Source: the human T2T-CHM13v2.0 reference genome, Homo sapiens
NCBI RefSeq assembly: GCF_009914755.1
Contig: NC_060925.1
DNA length: 64,000 nucleotides
Direction: 5' to 3' (one strand)
Positions within the stretch are counted from its first letter, which is position 1. Each line of letters begins with the position of its first letter. Below are positions 1-13,900 of this stretch, piece after piece. The notes under the pieces were generated by a model, which saw only the letters and a list, made by a program, of their open reading frames with translations, did no database searches and was not told the origin of the DNA. A program made the position numbers and the translations under genes.

Positions 1-506
<506 letters not shown>

Positions 507-1012
507 TTATAGGCAAGGAAATCAGAAGTCTTCAGAAAAGTAGTGCAGTAGTTTGAGAACGAGTATACCAAAGAATAGTTAAAAGAGAGATATTATTAAT
601 TAATTTGGCAGAAAATTATTTGGTCATAAGCAATTTGACTAAAAAGCAAATGGATCAATAGTTGCTTGATCCAACCATCTTCTGCTGTGGATAAACTTAA
701 GTTGCTATACTGTCCTTATTTTAAATACTACAGTAATGATAGACTGAAAGTAAATTATGTATTCGAAAGTACAAAGGAAGAACTATTTTCTCAAATTTTG
801 AAAAATGGAAAAAATAAAGACATATACAAGCAACCCAATAGTACACCCAAAAATCCAGAGAGTAGAGCTTTTGCTCATTTTACAGATCGGTTTTTCGATC
901 AAAATTTGTATTGACCAAATTATTTTTGCTCTAATTACTTTGTGACCAAATTATGTTACCACCAGAGAGACTTAAAGTTTGAGTGGTGATAAAAGATAAC
1001 TGGGTTGTGAAG

Positions 1013-1076
1013 AATAGTTATATTTTCTGGGCTTTCTACTATCAAATAGTTGAATTTTCTGGGCCTTCTACTATCA
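1013..1076. repeat. 32-bp tandem duplication (2 copies)
   Basis: aatagttatattttctgggctttctactatca / aatagttgaattttctgggccttctactatca. Confidence 0.85.
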
Positions 1077-1924
1077 AGATCAGAACAAAATAGGAAAACA
1101 AAAGATAATCTAAAAATATACAATTTTATTGAAGGATAACATACAGAAAAGTGAAAAAAATTCTAATCACTTAGCTCAATTAATAATCACAAAATGGCAG
1201 GTATAATCTATATCTAATAGATACTTTAATAATTTTCCTGTAAGAAGCCACAAGTTTATAGAAGAAGACTATATAAGGGCTCAGTGTTCTGAAAATCTTT
1301 AACATCTGGATACAAGATTGTGGCCAGTCAGATAAGGGCAATATAGCATTTCCCCCTGAGGCATTCAACCATACTTGATGAAACCTAAAATGGCTTCTTC
1401 CTTCTTCAAAGACTGGTGGGAAATCAGTTTTTTGCAGAATCCCATATAACACTAGAAATAAAGTTTAACAAATGCCCAATTATATTATTACATTTTCTTT
1501 AACAAAAGAAAATTTTCGTTCACTTGTCTAGTTCTGTAATTCTGGAGGTTTTTCTTTCAGCACCAAATTATCTTGGAGGCTATCTTTTAAACTCAAACTA
1601 TGAAATCATTTGGAAGTCAAATCACCTGTAGAAGAATCCAAGTAAGTGAAAACACTAGGTATCCAGAGGAAAAGAGTATATAATAGAAGGTTTGTAGGAG
1701 GATGGTGGTCATAAAAACATATTTTGTGATTTTCTTCTATTTTTCTTAGGGCACACAGTCATTGTTAGTATGCCTAATAAGCCAGCTCAGAATACGTAGA
1801 AATGGTGCATAAGGGAGTCATAGTGAAGTCTAGAAATCACTATGGGATTTGATATCCACTTCTACTACTCTACTGAAAATAACTCTTGGTAAGGCCACCA
1901 GGAATCTCCTAAGTATAAACATGT

Positions 1925-2330
1925 GGGACCTCTCTGAGATCTGCACACTGCTCATCACACTTCAGTTCTCGAAACCTCCTTTGGCCTTTGTGACATTATG
2001 GTCATCTTTTTCTCCTTCTCTGGTCATTTCTTCTCAGTCTTCTTCAGTAATTTCTGTATGTCTGGTATATTGTGATGTCATATGGGACTATTTATAGTTC
2101 TTTAGTTCCAAAGTTATTTAAAGGTTCCGTTACTTTGCACTCTTGTTGTTTTCTGAGAATGCCTTGCCACACCTTATACACCAAACTCCTTCTCTTCCTT
2201 CCCGATACTGCTCAAACACCAGGCATCCTAACTCCACAGAATAGTGTACTTCCAATATACATATACATATATATATCTCTCTCCACATCAACATTTATCA
2301 GAATTACCTAATTATTCATAAACTTAGCAA
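1925..2330 (+). mobile_element. L2 fragment
   Basis: Degenerate pyrimidine-rich match to the L2 RT-region consensus (gacctctct...ttggcctttgtgaca...ttctcagtct). Confidence 0.55.
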
Positions 2331-2739
2331 GATTGTGACTCAAATGGAAGAGCAGGAATCAGTCTTGAGAGGTTGCAGATAAAGGAGATCAATGAAGCCA
2401 TATTGGAGGTAGAGGGTGGACTAGGGGTAGGGGTAGGGCGTTAATAGAGTTTAGAGAAAGCAGCAAGCCTAGAGAAATTGCCTAAGCAAGAAAACAAGCA
2501 ATTTTAGTTTGTTTTTTTCAAGGATCAGTAAAATAGTGACCTGATATTTACATGTAAAGAGAGAATTGTTTAGTGAGGAAGATGTCCCAGAAAGTTCTTT
2601 AAATGGAATCTTTCTTGCAAAGTCTTTCAAAATGCAGTAGGGTTGAATAGAAATCCCCTTTCTTTTCTCACATTCATTGAATTACAGTATAATATCAGCC
2701 ACAAGAACAGAATCTGCTGCTGCAGAGGTCACCCGTCAC

Positions 2740-3330
2740 CTTCTGATTACCATTCCAGGTGTGCATTCTCCGTCCTCATGCTGTTCCACCTCTTCGTAGC
2801 ATCTGACATTTCTGACCTCCTTCATGAAATGGTCTTCTCCCTTGTGTCCTGCTTCTCCTCCCTCACTGTTTGCTCTTTTGAGTGCCCTTCATGGGCTTCT
2901 CTTCTCCCACTCATTTCTTTAATGTGCACACTCCTAAGACTTTCCCCTTGGCTCTTCTCTCAGTCTACACTCTCCCTCAGTAACCCCATCCACTTTTCAC
3001 ACCTTTAGCTATTTTTATTTAGAAAACACTCCAGTTGCTAGCTACGACCTCTTTTTTAAGTTTCAGACCCACTCTTACAACAATACACTGGGCCTCTCAA
3101 CCTGAATGTTTTAAGGGAAGCTCAATCCTAATAACTTCAAAACAGATATTCATATTCCTCTTTCTACCTTCTCTGACTTGGTTCCAAACCCAAGCTTTTC
3201 GATGACTCCACATTCTCTTACATTCCTCTTAATTAATCCAGTATCAATGCCTTTTGATTCTACTCTATGGAATGTTTCCCCATCTATCTCATCCTTTATT
3301 TTCATTGCTCTTTTTCCTTACCTCTGAATA
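2740..3330 (+). mobile_element. L2 fragment
   Basis: gcatctgaca...tctacactctccctcagtaaccccatccac resembles the L2 consensus. Confidence 0.7.
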
Positions 3331-3430
3331 AGAAATTTTAATCTCTCTGTAGACCTGTGGTTTTATATCAGTTATTCAGGTCACGATAGATTGTCTACTC
3401 TATGCCAGTTATGGAGATAAGCAATAGTTA

Positions 3431-3905
3431 GGGTTCTCAGCCCTGGCTGCACATCAGCTTTAAAAAACAAAACTAAACTAGGCCAGACGCAGTGGCTCTC
3501 GCCTGTAATCCCAACACTTTGGGAGGCCGAGGCAGGCAGATCACCTGAGGTCAGGAGTTTGAGACCAGCCTGGCCAACGTGGTGAAACCCCATGTCTACT
3601 AAAAACACAAAAATTAGCTGGGCGTGGTGGTGTGTACTTGTATTCCCAGCTACTGGGGAGGCTGAGGTGGGAGAATTACTTGAACCCAGGAGGCAGTGGT
3701 TGCCACTGCATTCCATCTTGGGTGACAGAGTGAGACCCTGTCTCAAAAAAACCAAAAACAAACAAACAAAAAACAACCCCACTAACTAAACTAGACAAAT
3801 GCTCAGACACATGCTTCAAAGATTCTGAATGAGTCAATTTAGGGAAAAGCTTGAACATCAGTATTTTTCAAATTCTTCTAATGCGCAGCCAGAGTTGAGA
3901 ACCCA
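3431..3905. mobile_element. MER5-type hAT-Charlie element split by an Alu
   Basis: ggttctcagccctggctgcaca...gcagccagagttgagaacc terminal inverted repeats. Confidence 0.65.
3481..3780 (+). mobile_element. AluSx-like with a ~18-bp deletion in the right arm
   Basis: Full Alu, TSD aactaaacta on both sides. Confidence 0.95.
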
Positions 3906-3909
3906 CAAC

Positions 3910-4690
3910 TTATCATATGTAGAGGCCAAGAAAATGGACACAGTCCTTGTCCTTTTGGAAAGTAAACTGGACTTGGGGAGATAGACATTATAAAACAGTT
4001 ACTCATATATGCATACAATTAGTTATAAGTGCCATGAAGAAAATGAAAAGGGTCCCATGAGAGAAAGAATAGAATAGGACAGTCTAATTTAGAATGTGTG
4101 TGGGTCATGAAAAGTCTTTCTAAAGAAATGATAATTAGTGTGAATTCTTAAGGATGAGTGTGATTTGGCCAGGCAAATAAGCAGATGGAAAAAAAAAAAC
4201 ATTTTTGGTGAGTTTGAGTCATGGATATAACTGGCATGTATTGAAGAAATGGAAAAAAATGTGGCTGCTGTGTAGTGAGGGATGAGAGTGGCTAAAATGA
4301 GGTTGGAACAGAAAAGAATGGGCCTTGTTAAGAATTTATGAGATCTTCTTAAGTGCATTGAAAAGCTAATGACAGCTTTTTATTAAGGAACTAAAATACT
4401 TGTTTTATTTTTATTACTTGGACTTCCTTGCAGATGGGGGTAAGCACAGCAGATGGAGAGAACCTGTAAGTGTGAAGCACTTCGGTAAAGATATTATGGT
4501 TGCTTGGACAAGGATGGTGGCCATGGATATGAATAGAAGCCTATGGATTCAAGATGTATTTTGGAGCTAGAATTAATAGAACTCGTTAGTGGGTTGGATA
4601 TATGGGGTAGGGGAAAATCAGTAGTCATCATGGATGATTCTCAGGTTTTTGACTTAAGAAGCTGAGGAGCTGGTGGTGCCATTTACTTTT
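3910..4690 (-). mobile_element. L2a fragment
   Basis: Purine-rich reverse L2 3' region ending ...ggtggtgccatttact. Confidence 0.7.
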
Positions 4691-7600
4691 TAAAAAAATA
4701 GGCTTTATATTTTAGAGCAGTTTTAGATTTATAGAAAAATTGATAGGAAGTCACAGAAATTTCCTATATACTGCCTTCGGCTACACATGCACACCCTTCC
4801 CCACTGTCAACATCCTGCATCATCCAACATCCAATAAATGGTGCATTTATTACTATTAATGAACCTACATGGATACGTCATTAGCACCCAAAGTCCATAG
4901 TTTACATTAGGTTTCATTCCTGATGCTGTATGTTCTATGGGTTTAACAAATCTATAATGACATATATCCACCATAATAGTATCATACAGAGTAGTTTCAC
5001 TGCCCTAAAAATCTCCTGTGCTCTGCCTCTTCATCCCTCCCTCCCTACAACCTCCGTAAGCCACTGATCCTTTTACTATCTGTCTCCAGAGTTTTCTCTC
5101 TTCCAGAATGTCAGATTGTTGGAGTCATACAGCCTTTTAAGATTGGCTTCTTTCACTTAGTAATATGCATTTAAGGTTTCTGCATGTCTTTTCATGGTGT
5201 GATAGGTCATTGTTTTTTAGTGCTAAATATTATTTCATTGTTAGAGGTACCACAGTGTATTTATCCAACATCTTAGCTGCCTCCAAGTTTTGGCAATTAT
5301 GTGAACAGCTGCTGTAAACATTTTTGTGCAGGTGTTTGTGCAGAGGTGAGTTTTCAAGTCAATTGGGTAAATATATAAGAACACAATTGCTAGATTATAT
5401 GATAAGAGTACGTTTAGTTTTGTAAAAAACTGTCAAACTGTATTCCAAAGTGCCTGTATCATTTTGCATTCCCATCAGCAATAAATGAGAGTTCCTGTTG
5501 CTCCACACCCATTGCTGGCATTTGGTGGTATCCAGTGTTCTGTATTTTGGCCATTTCAGTTGGTATATAATGATATTCCTTAATGACACATGATAATGAC
5601 TATCTTTTCTTATACTTATTTGCCATCTGTGTATCTTCTTTGGGGAGGTGTCCAGGTATTTTGCCCATTCTATAATTTATTTAAATTCTAGTAATTTAAC
5701 TTCCAGTACAGTGTTGAAAAGAAGTGATGACAGGAGACATCCTTGCCTTGTTCCTGATCTTAGAGGGATAAAGATTCTAGTTTCTCACTGTTGAGATGAA
5801 ATGGAAATTGGTCCATTTCTTCTAGGTTATCAAATTTGTGGGCATGGAGTCATTTATAATATTCCTTTTTATTACCCTTTTAATATCCATGAGATCTGTA
5901 GTAATGTCTTCCCTTTCATTTCTGATATTAGTAATTGGCATCTTCTTTCCTTTTTTTTTGTTTGCCTGGATAGAGAATAATTAATTTTATTTATCTTTCC
6001 AAAGAACCAGCTTTTGGTTTGTTGATTTTCTCTATTGATTTTCTGTTTTCAATTTTATTATTTTGTGCTCCAATTTTTATTACTTCTTTTCTTCTGCTTG
6101 CCTTGGAATAAATTTGCTATTCTTTTTTCAGTTTCCTAATATGGAAGCTTAGATTATTGATTTTATATATTTTTTCTAATATATGCATTCAATGCAATAA
6201 ATTTTCCTTTAAGCCTTGCTTTTGTGAAATCTCACAAATGTTGATAAGCTATATTTTAATTTTAATTTATTTCAAAAAATCTAAAATTTTCTCTTGAGGT
6301 TTCTTTTTTGTTCCATGTGATAAAGTGTGTTGTTTAATCTTCAAGTATTTGGGAGGTCTCCAGTTTTCTTTCTGTTATTGATTTCTAGTTTAATTACACT
6401 GTGGTCTCAGCATACTTTGTCTGATTTCTGTTCTTTTAAATTTGTTAAGATGTGTTTTATGGCCCAGGATGAGTGTTCTATGTGAGTGTTTAGGTGAGTA
6501 TTCTATATGAGTCTGAGAAGACTCTATTCATTTCTGATAGAGAGGTGTTGAATTCTCCCACTATAATAGTGGATTCATCTATTTCTTCCTACAGCTATCA
6601 GATTTTACCTCACATATTTTGATGCTTTGTTGCTAGGCATATACACTTTACAAATTGTTGTGTCTTCTTGGGAAATTGAGTGCTTTATCATTATGTATTA
6701 CCCCTCTTTATCCCTGATAATTTTCCTTACTTTTAAGTCTGCTGTACCTGAAATTAATATAGCTACTCCTGGTTTCTTTTTATTATTGTTATCCTGGTAT
6801 ATCTTTCTCTGGCCCTTTACTTTTAATCTATATGCATCTTTATATTTGAAGTGGGTTTCTTTTAGACTACTTATAATTGGGTCTTCTTTTTTTATCCACT
6901 CTGACAATCTCTATCTTTTAATTGATTTATTTAGACCATTAGTGTTTAAAGTGATTATTGATATTAGTTACAGATATTAGTTGAATTAATATCTACCATA
7001 TTTGATATTGATTTTCATCTGTGCCCCTTGTTCTTTGCTTCTTATTTTGTCTTACACTCTTTTTCTGTCCTTTGTGATTTTAACTGCATATTTTATGATT
7101 CCATTTCCTCTACTTTCTTAGTATGTAAGCTGCATTTCTTTTTTTTTAACTTAAATTAGTAGTTGCCCTAAAGTTTGCAATACACATTTGCAACTCATCC
7201 AACTCCACTTTCAAGTAACACTATACCACTTCATAGGTAGTACAAGTACCTTATAATAACAAAATAATTATCGTTTCTCCATCCCATCTCTTATATTATT
7301 ATTGTCATTTATTATACTTATACATAAGCATTTATATGCATATGCCTCATAATTGAATACCTTGACGCTATTATTTTGAACAAACTGTTCTCTATTAGAT
7401 CAGTTAAGAATAATAAAAATAAAAGGCTTTATTTTACCTTGATTTATTTCTTCTCTGATCTCCCTTTTTTTAAAAAAATGTAGATCTGATTTTTTGGCCT
7501 ATATCGTTCTCTTTTTTTTTTTTTATCTTGTCTTTTCTCAACTCTTACTTTAGGTTCACGGGGCACACATGCAGGTTTGTTATATGGATACATTGTGGGT

Positions 7601-8660
7601 TGTTAGGGTTTGATGTACAAATGATTTTATCACCCAGGTGGTGAGCATAGTATCTCATAAGTAGTTTTTCAGTCCTCACTCTTCTCCTTTCTTCCCCTTC
7701 AAATAGGCCCCACTGTCTATTTTTCCTGTCTTTGTGTCTATGTGTACTTAATGTTTATCTCCCACTTATAAGTGAAAACACTGTGATATTTCATTTTCAT
7801 TCTCTCTGAAAACTCCTTTTAATATTTCTTGTAAGGCATGTCTACTGGCAATAAATTCTCTTAATTTTTCTTTATCTGAGAAAGTCTTTATTTCTCCTTT
7901 ATATTAGAAGGATAATTTTATAGGGTAGAGTGTAGGCTTGTGGCATTTTTCTCTAAAACTTTAAATATTTCACTCTATTCTCTTCTTGCTTGCATGGTTT
8001 CTGAGGAGAAATTGGATGTAAAATTCTTACTTTGCTCTTAGGGTAAGGTGTTTTTTCTTTGTGTCTTTTCAAGATTTTTTCTTTACCTTTGGTTTTCTGA
8101 GATTGAAAGTAATTTGCCTACTGTGGTTTTGTTCGTTTTAAAATTTATCCTACTTGATTTTTGTTGAGCTTTCTGGGTCTGTGATTTGGTGTCTAACATC
8201 AGTTTGGGTAAATTCCCAGTCTTTCTTGCTTTAAATATTTCTTCTGTCCCTTTCTCTCACTCTTCCCCTTAGGTTATTTTTATTACACATATGTTATACC
8301 TTTTGTATTTGTCCCACAGCTCTTGGATATTCTGTTTCATTTTTAACAACTTTCTTCTGTGTGCTTTTCCATTTTGGAGGTTTCTATTGACGTATCCTCA
8401 AGTTCAGAGATTCTTCCTTCAACCATGTCCAATCTACTAATAAACCCATCAAAGCCATTCTTCATTTCTGCTACAGTGTTGGTTCTTTAATAGTTTTCCA
8501 TCTCTCTGCTTACATTGGCCATCTTCCTTGCATGCTGTGTACTTTATTCATTAAGCCCTTAGCATATTAATCTTAGTCATGGTAAATCCTGGCCTGATAA
8601 TTACAACATTCCTGCCATATCCGAGACTCGTTCTGATGCCTGATTTGTCTCTTTAACTGC
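4690..8660 (-). mobile_element. Old L1 (L1MC-like) with internal deletions; 3' UTR, endonuclease and ORF1-region remnants
   Basis: L1MC-type 3' end at ~4690. Minus ORF 6698-6907 (WIKKEDP...LKETHFKYKD...GVAILIS) is an L1 ORF2 endonuclease remnant. Confidence 0.85.
7510..7790 (-). mobile_element. L1PA/L1PB 3' fragment nested in the older L1
   Basis: Poly-T followed by caggtttgttatatgg...cccacttataagtgaaaaca. Confidence 0.8.
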
Positions 8661-8753
8661 CTGTGTTTCCACAGAGGCTGCATCTTCAAGTTTCACACAC
8701 TAGTATGGCTTGCTTCAGGCTTTTTTCTGAATTTACCTTTTAAAGGAAATGTG

Positions 8754-9071
<318 letters not shown>

Positions 9072-9247
9072 TCATTTTATACAGAATTAAGTCCAAATTT
9101 TCAGCCTTCTAGAATCAACCCCAATCTTTACAAGCTCATCGCTAACAATAACCTCATGCTTAAACTGGCCAACTTCATGTTTCTTTAACAGAGGCATATG
9201 GTTTCCCACAACCATGTCTTTATTTTTTATAATTATATTGGTCTTGA

Positions 9248-9580
<333 letters not shown>

Positions 9581-12500
9581 AGCTCTACCCATCTTTAGAA
9601 CAAATTTGAATATTTTTTACACAGAACGTATACTTTTACTGCAGCCTTTGATGTGTACCTCTTCAAAAGTTATTAGAGGGCGCTTACTACTGGCTAGTTA
9701 TGTAATAGTCAATCACAAAACCATTCTCCTAATCCCTTCCACCCCCGCCACTGAGAAGAGCTTGATGGGAGTGATGACTTTTTATTTGCCTCTATGCCTA
9801 TTTTGGATCTAGCAAAGTGGACCCTTTCTCAGTATTCTATTTAAATTTCTTCATTTTGACAAACATTTCATTAGGATGTTTAATGTATGATCATATGGAA
9901 GAAGATATCAAAAAGATTGCTAAAGATATACATTTTAGTTAACTAGCTACATCAAAGGAAATATTTCATTTGCAATATTTATTTTCCATCATGTGAGAAA
10001 AAAAATCAAAGTGTACCTTTCGTATATGAAATACATGAGGAAAAACGAATGTGTTCCAGAATGAAGATGGTATAGCACTATAGTTAGGGGAACCTTCTAA
10101 AGGTGAATTTTCCAATAGATCTGCTTTCCCCTTGCACTATATCCCTCTGAGGGGTTCTAGACTTCTCCAAACAAACTCAAGCTGAATGCAGTTATTATTT
10201 TTGAAATACCCTCTTATCTGCACCCCTGAGGAACTCAGGAAGAATGGTCTTAGAATAAGCATATAAACAACCTCATGATCTTGGCTGAAATGCCCCTTTT
10301 GATGGTGTTCTTTAGGGCTGGAGTTCTTGGAAGAGCTCCAAATGATCTCTTCAAGTTACTTTTTCAACTTTCTGGGATCCGCATTTAATGTGACCCCACT
10401 CAGTAGTATGGCTCAAAACATTTAAAAATTCCTTCTTAACTAAAGTAAAACAAAGAAGACTAAAAGCATTTGACATCAGTAATAGTTTTTTAAAATATTT
10501 CTTTATATAGATAAGTTCTGACCAGATGTATCCTTTGTGAATCCCTAATGTTTCCATGAAATTCCTATTCCTTCTGGGGTACTATATCTGAGGGTTAACT
10601 ATTGTCTGAAATAACTGCTGTAGCTGAGAAATGACCATGTTTCCTTTTAGTTCTTAGCAAGAGTAATTGAATGTAGAATATCTTACTAAATGCTAGATTG
10701 TGACAGTGTGTTAACACTCTGACTATCTCCTAACAGCAGGGCAATTATTTGCTGAGTGGGATTTTTATAAATCCTCTGGCAGTAGTATGTCCTGATAATT
10801 ATGATGAAGTACATTGGTCAGTGTAGATTCAGCAGTCCCTACCCTAGCAAATATTTCATTCACAGTTCTTCGGCCACTTGTACTTTACTAGTTATTAGAG
10901 AGAGATCTTTACTACTCTTCCCTACTGGCTTAGTATATCATTTTTTAAAAGCAAATGTGATTTAAAACATAGAACCCAAACATATTTTAGACACACCTCC
11001 TTTAAGAACTGTTTCTCTCTCGTGGTATTCAGAAATTTTTAATCAAGAGGCAAGAAAATAGTTTTAAATTTTATTCCTATTTGTGGTCAGCCACTCTTTT
11101 TTGCTGCGTAATTGTCATTTGTGAAAGTAAAACTTGAATTCTTCCACCTATCCTGAATACTTAATCATTCTTCATACCCGGAATAAACAGTTCCTTGGAA
11201 ATCATGAGAAATTGTTATTTCTGTTATGGTAAAATATGAAATTAGAACATTAGTAATTGTGATCTGGGAATTGTAGGTGTACACTATCCTGTGTCTTATT
11301 CTTCCTATTTCATAGAAACTTGTTTTAAAAGTACACCTTGGTAACAAAGAGAAGAGAAAAAAATTAGACTATAGCTTCCCCCAGGCAATTACAAAGTAAA
11401 GGTCAGTGTATGAGTGGAAAATGGCCATAAAAAACATTTTTCATGGAATAAAATAGTAGGTGCTCCAAATAAAACAAGTATATCCATTTCTTTTCAAATC
11501 AATTGTACCGTTTTAACACTTTTCCACATAATACTTAAGTATAAGAATAAAAACTGAGAAGAAAAGAGCCAATTGATAGATTATTAGAAATACGGAATGG
11601 TTCAAAGTATTAATGTAATGCTAGGGGTGACTGGGTAACAAATGGTACGTTTGCTCGTTGCTCAACCTGACATAATTAATATTCTAGGTCATGCTTAAGT
11701 TCCCATGATGGAGAGTCTGAAGGGGGGAATTCAAGAAAAATATGTATCTATTATATAACTCATTGCAATTTTTTTTTTTTTTTTTTTTTTTTTTGCCTTT
11801 TGACGAGTCAGAATCGTAGCCTTTAAAAAAAATCAGTGCTTTCACACCTCATTTGCCACATTCACCACTGGGCCACCAGTCAGCAGCCGGGCCTGATGCA
11901 AGGAGGTCAGTAAGAAGCTATTAGCAGAGTCCTCTCCTGAGATTTCCTGGGTCTTATTGAGTTGAATGTTAGCATGACAGTACTGCAAATAACTCAGTTG
12001 TAGGCTTTTTCTTTTTTTTTTTAAACAGTTAGCACAGATTTCCCCATAGTGTTGGTCACTCTAGAAAATTATTGCTGAAAATGAAGTCCCCAAAGCTAGC
12101 TTGGCAGTAGCCCTTCTAAGTTGTGAAAAATGTGAAAACTGAAAAATATACCATAGTCCCTGAGGATTAACCCTGTCTTTTGTGACTCATAGTAATATTT
12201 TTAAAAATCAACAAGAAACCATTATTCATAAGTGGCTTACTAATGATGAAATATGGCAATTGAGACAATAGTATGTTAAGGTTGTTGTATTTATTTAAAG
12301 AAATAATAAGTAAATGAATACTGCATCAATATAAATAAATAGGGTATTTGCCTGCTCTAGGGATTGTGGGAGTGCTGGACTGTTTTTATTGACATAACTT
12401 AGCAAATGTATTAAATTAATTTCTAAAATACTGACACCTTGAAGACTTTAAATGATACATTTGAAATTCAATTAAAATATATTTTCGATCTATATTTGAT

Positions 12501-13494
12501 TTAAATTGCAAAGAGAATACACATGAGGAGGTCTCCATATAGGTTGCAAAATATAATTTAAGAAAGCTATCATGTCTACTGATCCATTTGCATTTCCCAT
12601 CTAGCCTATGTATACACGTGCATGCAAATGTGCAAGGAGATCAAAGAGGATTTCTAATGGAGTAAAGTTAATAGCTGGTAGCGGTTATTCAGGTAGGTAG
12701 ATATTTTCAAATGATAAATTTTAATCTAGCTAAATTGTATGTATTTTACCATTTTAATCTGTAAGGTTGTAGCAATGTTCATAAAAAACTAACAGACTTC
12801 AGTTTATTAGATCATCACTGATGAGAATGGTATTCTCATATCATTTTTATAGACTGTAGATTTAGTTACACTTTATGTCACAATAGTCTTTTAAAAATAT
12901 AACATTTATTTTTTTCTTAGTACAATCAATAAATTCTAATCTTAGAAAATCACCCTAGAAATTATCTTTATAATTGCCATCCACTTAAAAATTACTGTCC
13001 ATGGAAAGCTATTGTCTGTGTATTTACCTTGTCTATATTTACTGTTATAGTGAGAACATGTTAACATGACATTAAAAATGGTTTATATAACTGCCTTTAA
13101 TGTTTTTCCACACAGTGTTTTTCTTGTATCAATTGTAATAGAGAATAAATCTCAAAGAAGAGCCAGTACAAAAATATTTTTAAATGTTTAAATGCATTTA
13201 CATTAACTGCTTTGTATCCAATAAAATTTAGTCTCCAATTAAAAAATAGAAAAATTTGAGTTGGAGGTGACTCAAATAGGTCTTTGACAATGTGTTTTAA
13301 AGCAAATTGAAACTGTTCTGTTAAAAAAAAGAAAAATGGTATAATCTGTATATTCTTTGAAAGCAGTCAATACAATTCTGAAATAAGTCTCAAACTTTTT
13401 ATTAAGATATTTATGTTGCTTTGGAAAGCAAGAGTGAAATAGAGGTTTTCACGGGCCTTTCTGAACTGTGCGTTGTTATTCTAGATAAGCATTT

Positions 13495-13900
13495 AACATT
13501 CATTTATTGAGTGCCTACTAAGTGCCATGTACCCTGCTAGGCCCTGGGGTTGCAAAAATACCTGGAACAGACTCTCTGTGCTCCAGCTTCTAGCTTGTGG
13601 AAGACATACATGCAAATATAATTTTGAAACAGTGTAATGTGATAGGTATTGTGGTGGTTATCCCCATAGTAAGGAAGCATTTGGTATAGGACACTGCGTT
13701 TGGGATAGGATGTTGCATTTGGGATAGGACGTTGCATTTGGGATGGGATGTTGCATTTGGGATGGGACGTTGCATTTGGTATAGGATGTTGCATTTGGGA
13801 TAGGACATTGCATTTGGGATAGGATGTTGCATTTGGGATAGGACGTTGCATTTGGAATAGGATATTGCATTTGGGATAGGACGTTGACTCCAGCCTGGGT
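13495..13900 (-). mobile_element. L2 3' end hosting a minisatellite
   Basis: cattcatttattgagtgcctactaagtgcca is the typical reverse L2 terminus. Confidence 0.7.
13677..13885. repeat. Minisatellite, 11 x 19 bp (GCATTTGGGATAGGAYGTT)
   Basis: Units counted directly from the sequence. Confidence 0.97.

Noticed and set aside
6698-6907. Endonuclease-like ORF
   Set aside because: Dead L1 ORF2 fragment within a deleted, frameshifted element.
11769-11794. Isolated T26 run
   Set aside because: No TSD or retroelement body; an ordinary mononucleotide repeat.
11871-11887. CTCF-like ggccaccagtcagcagc
   Set aside because: Lacks the core G run; too weak to call.
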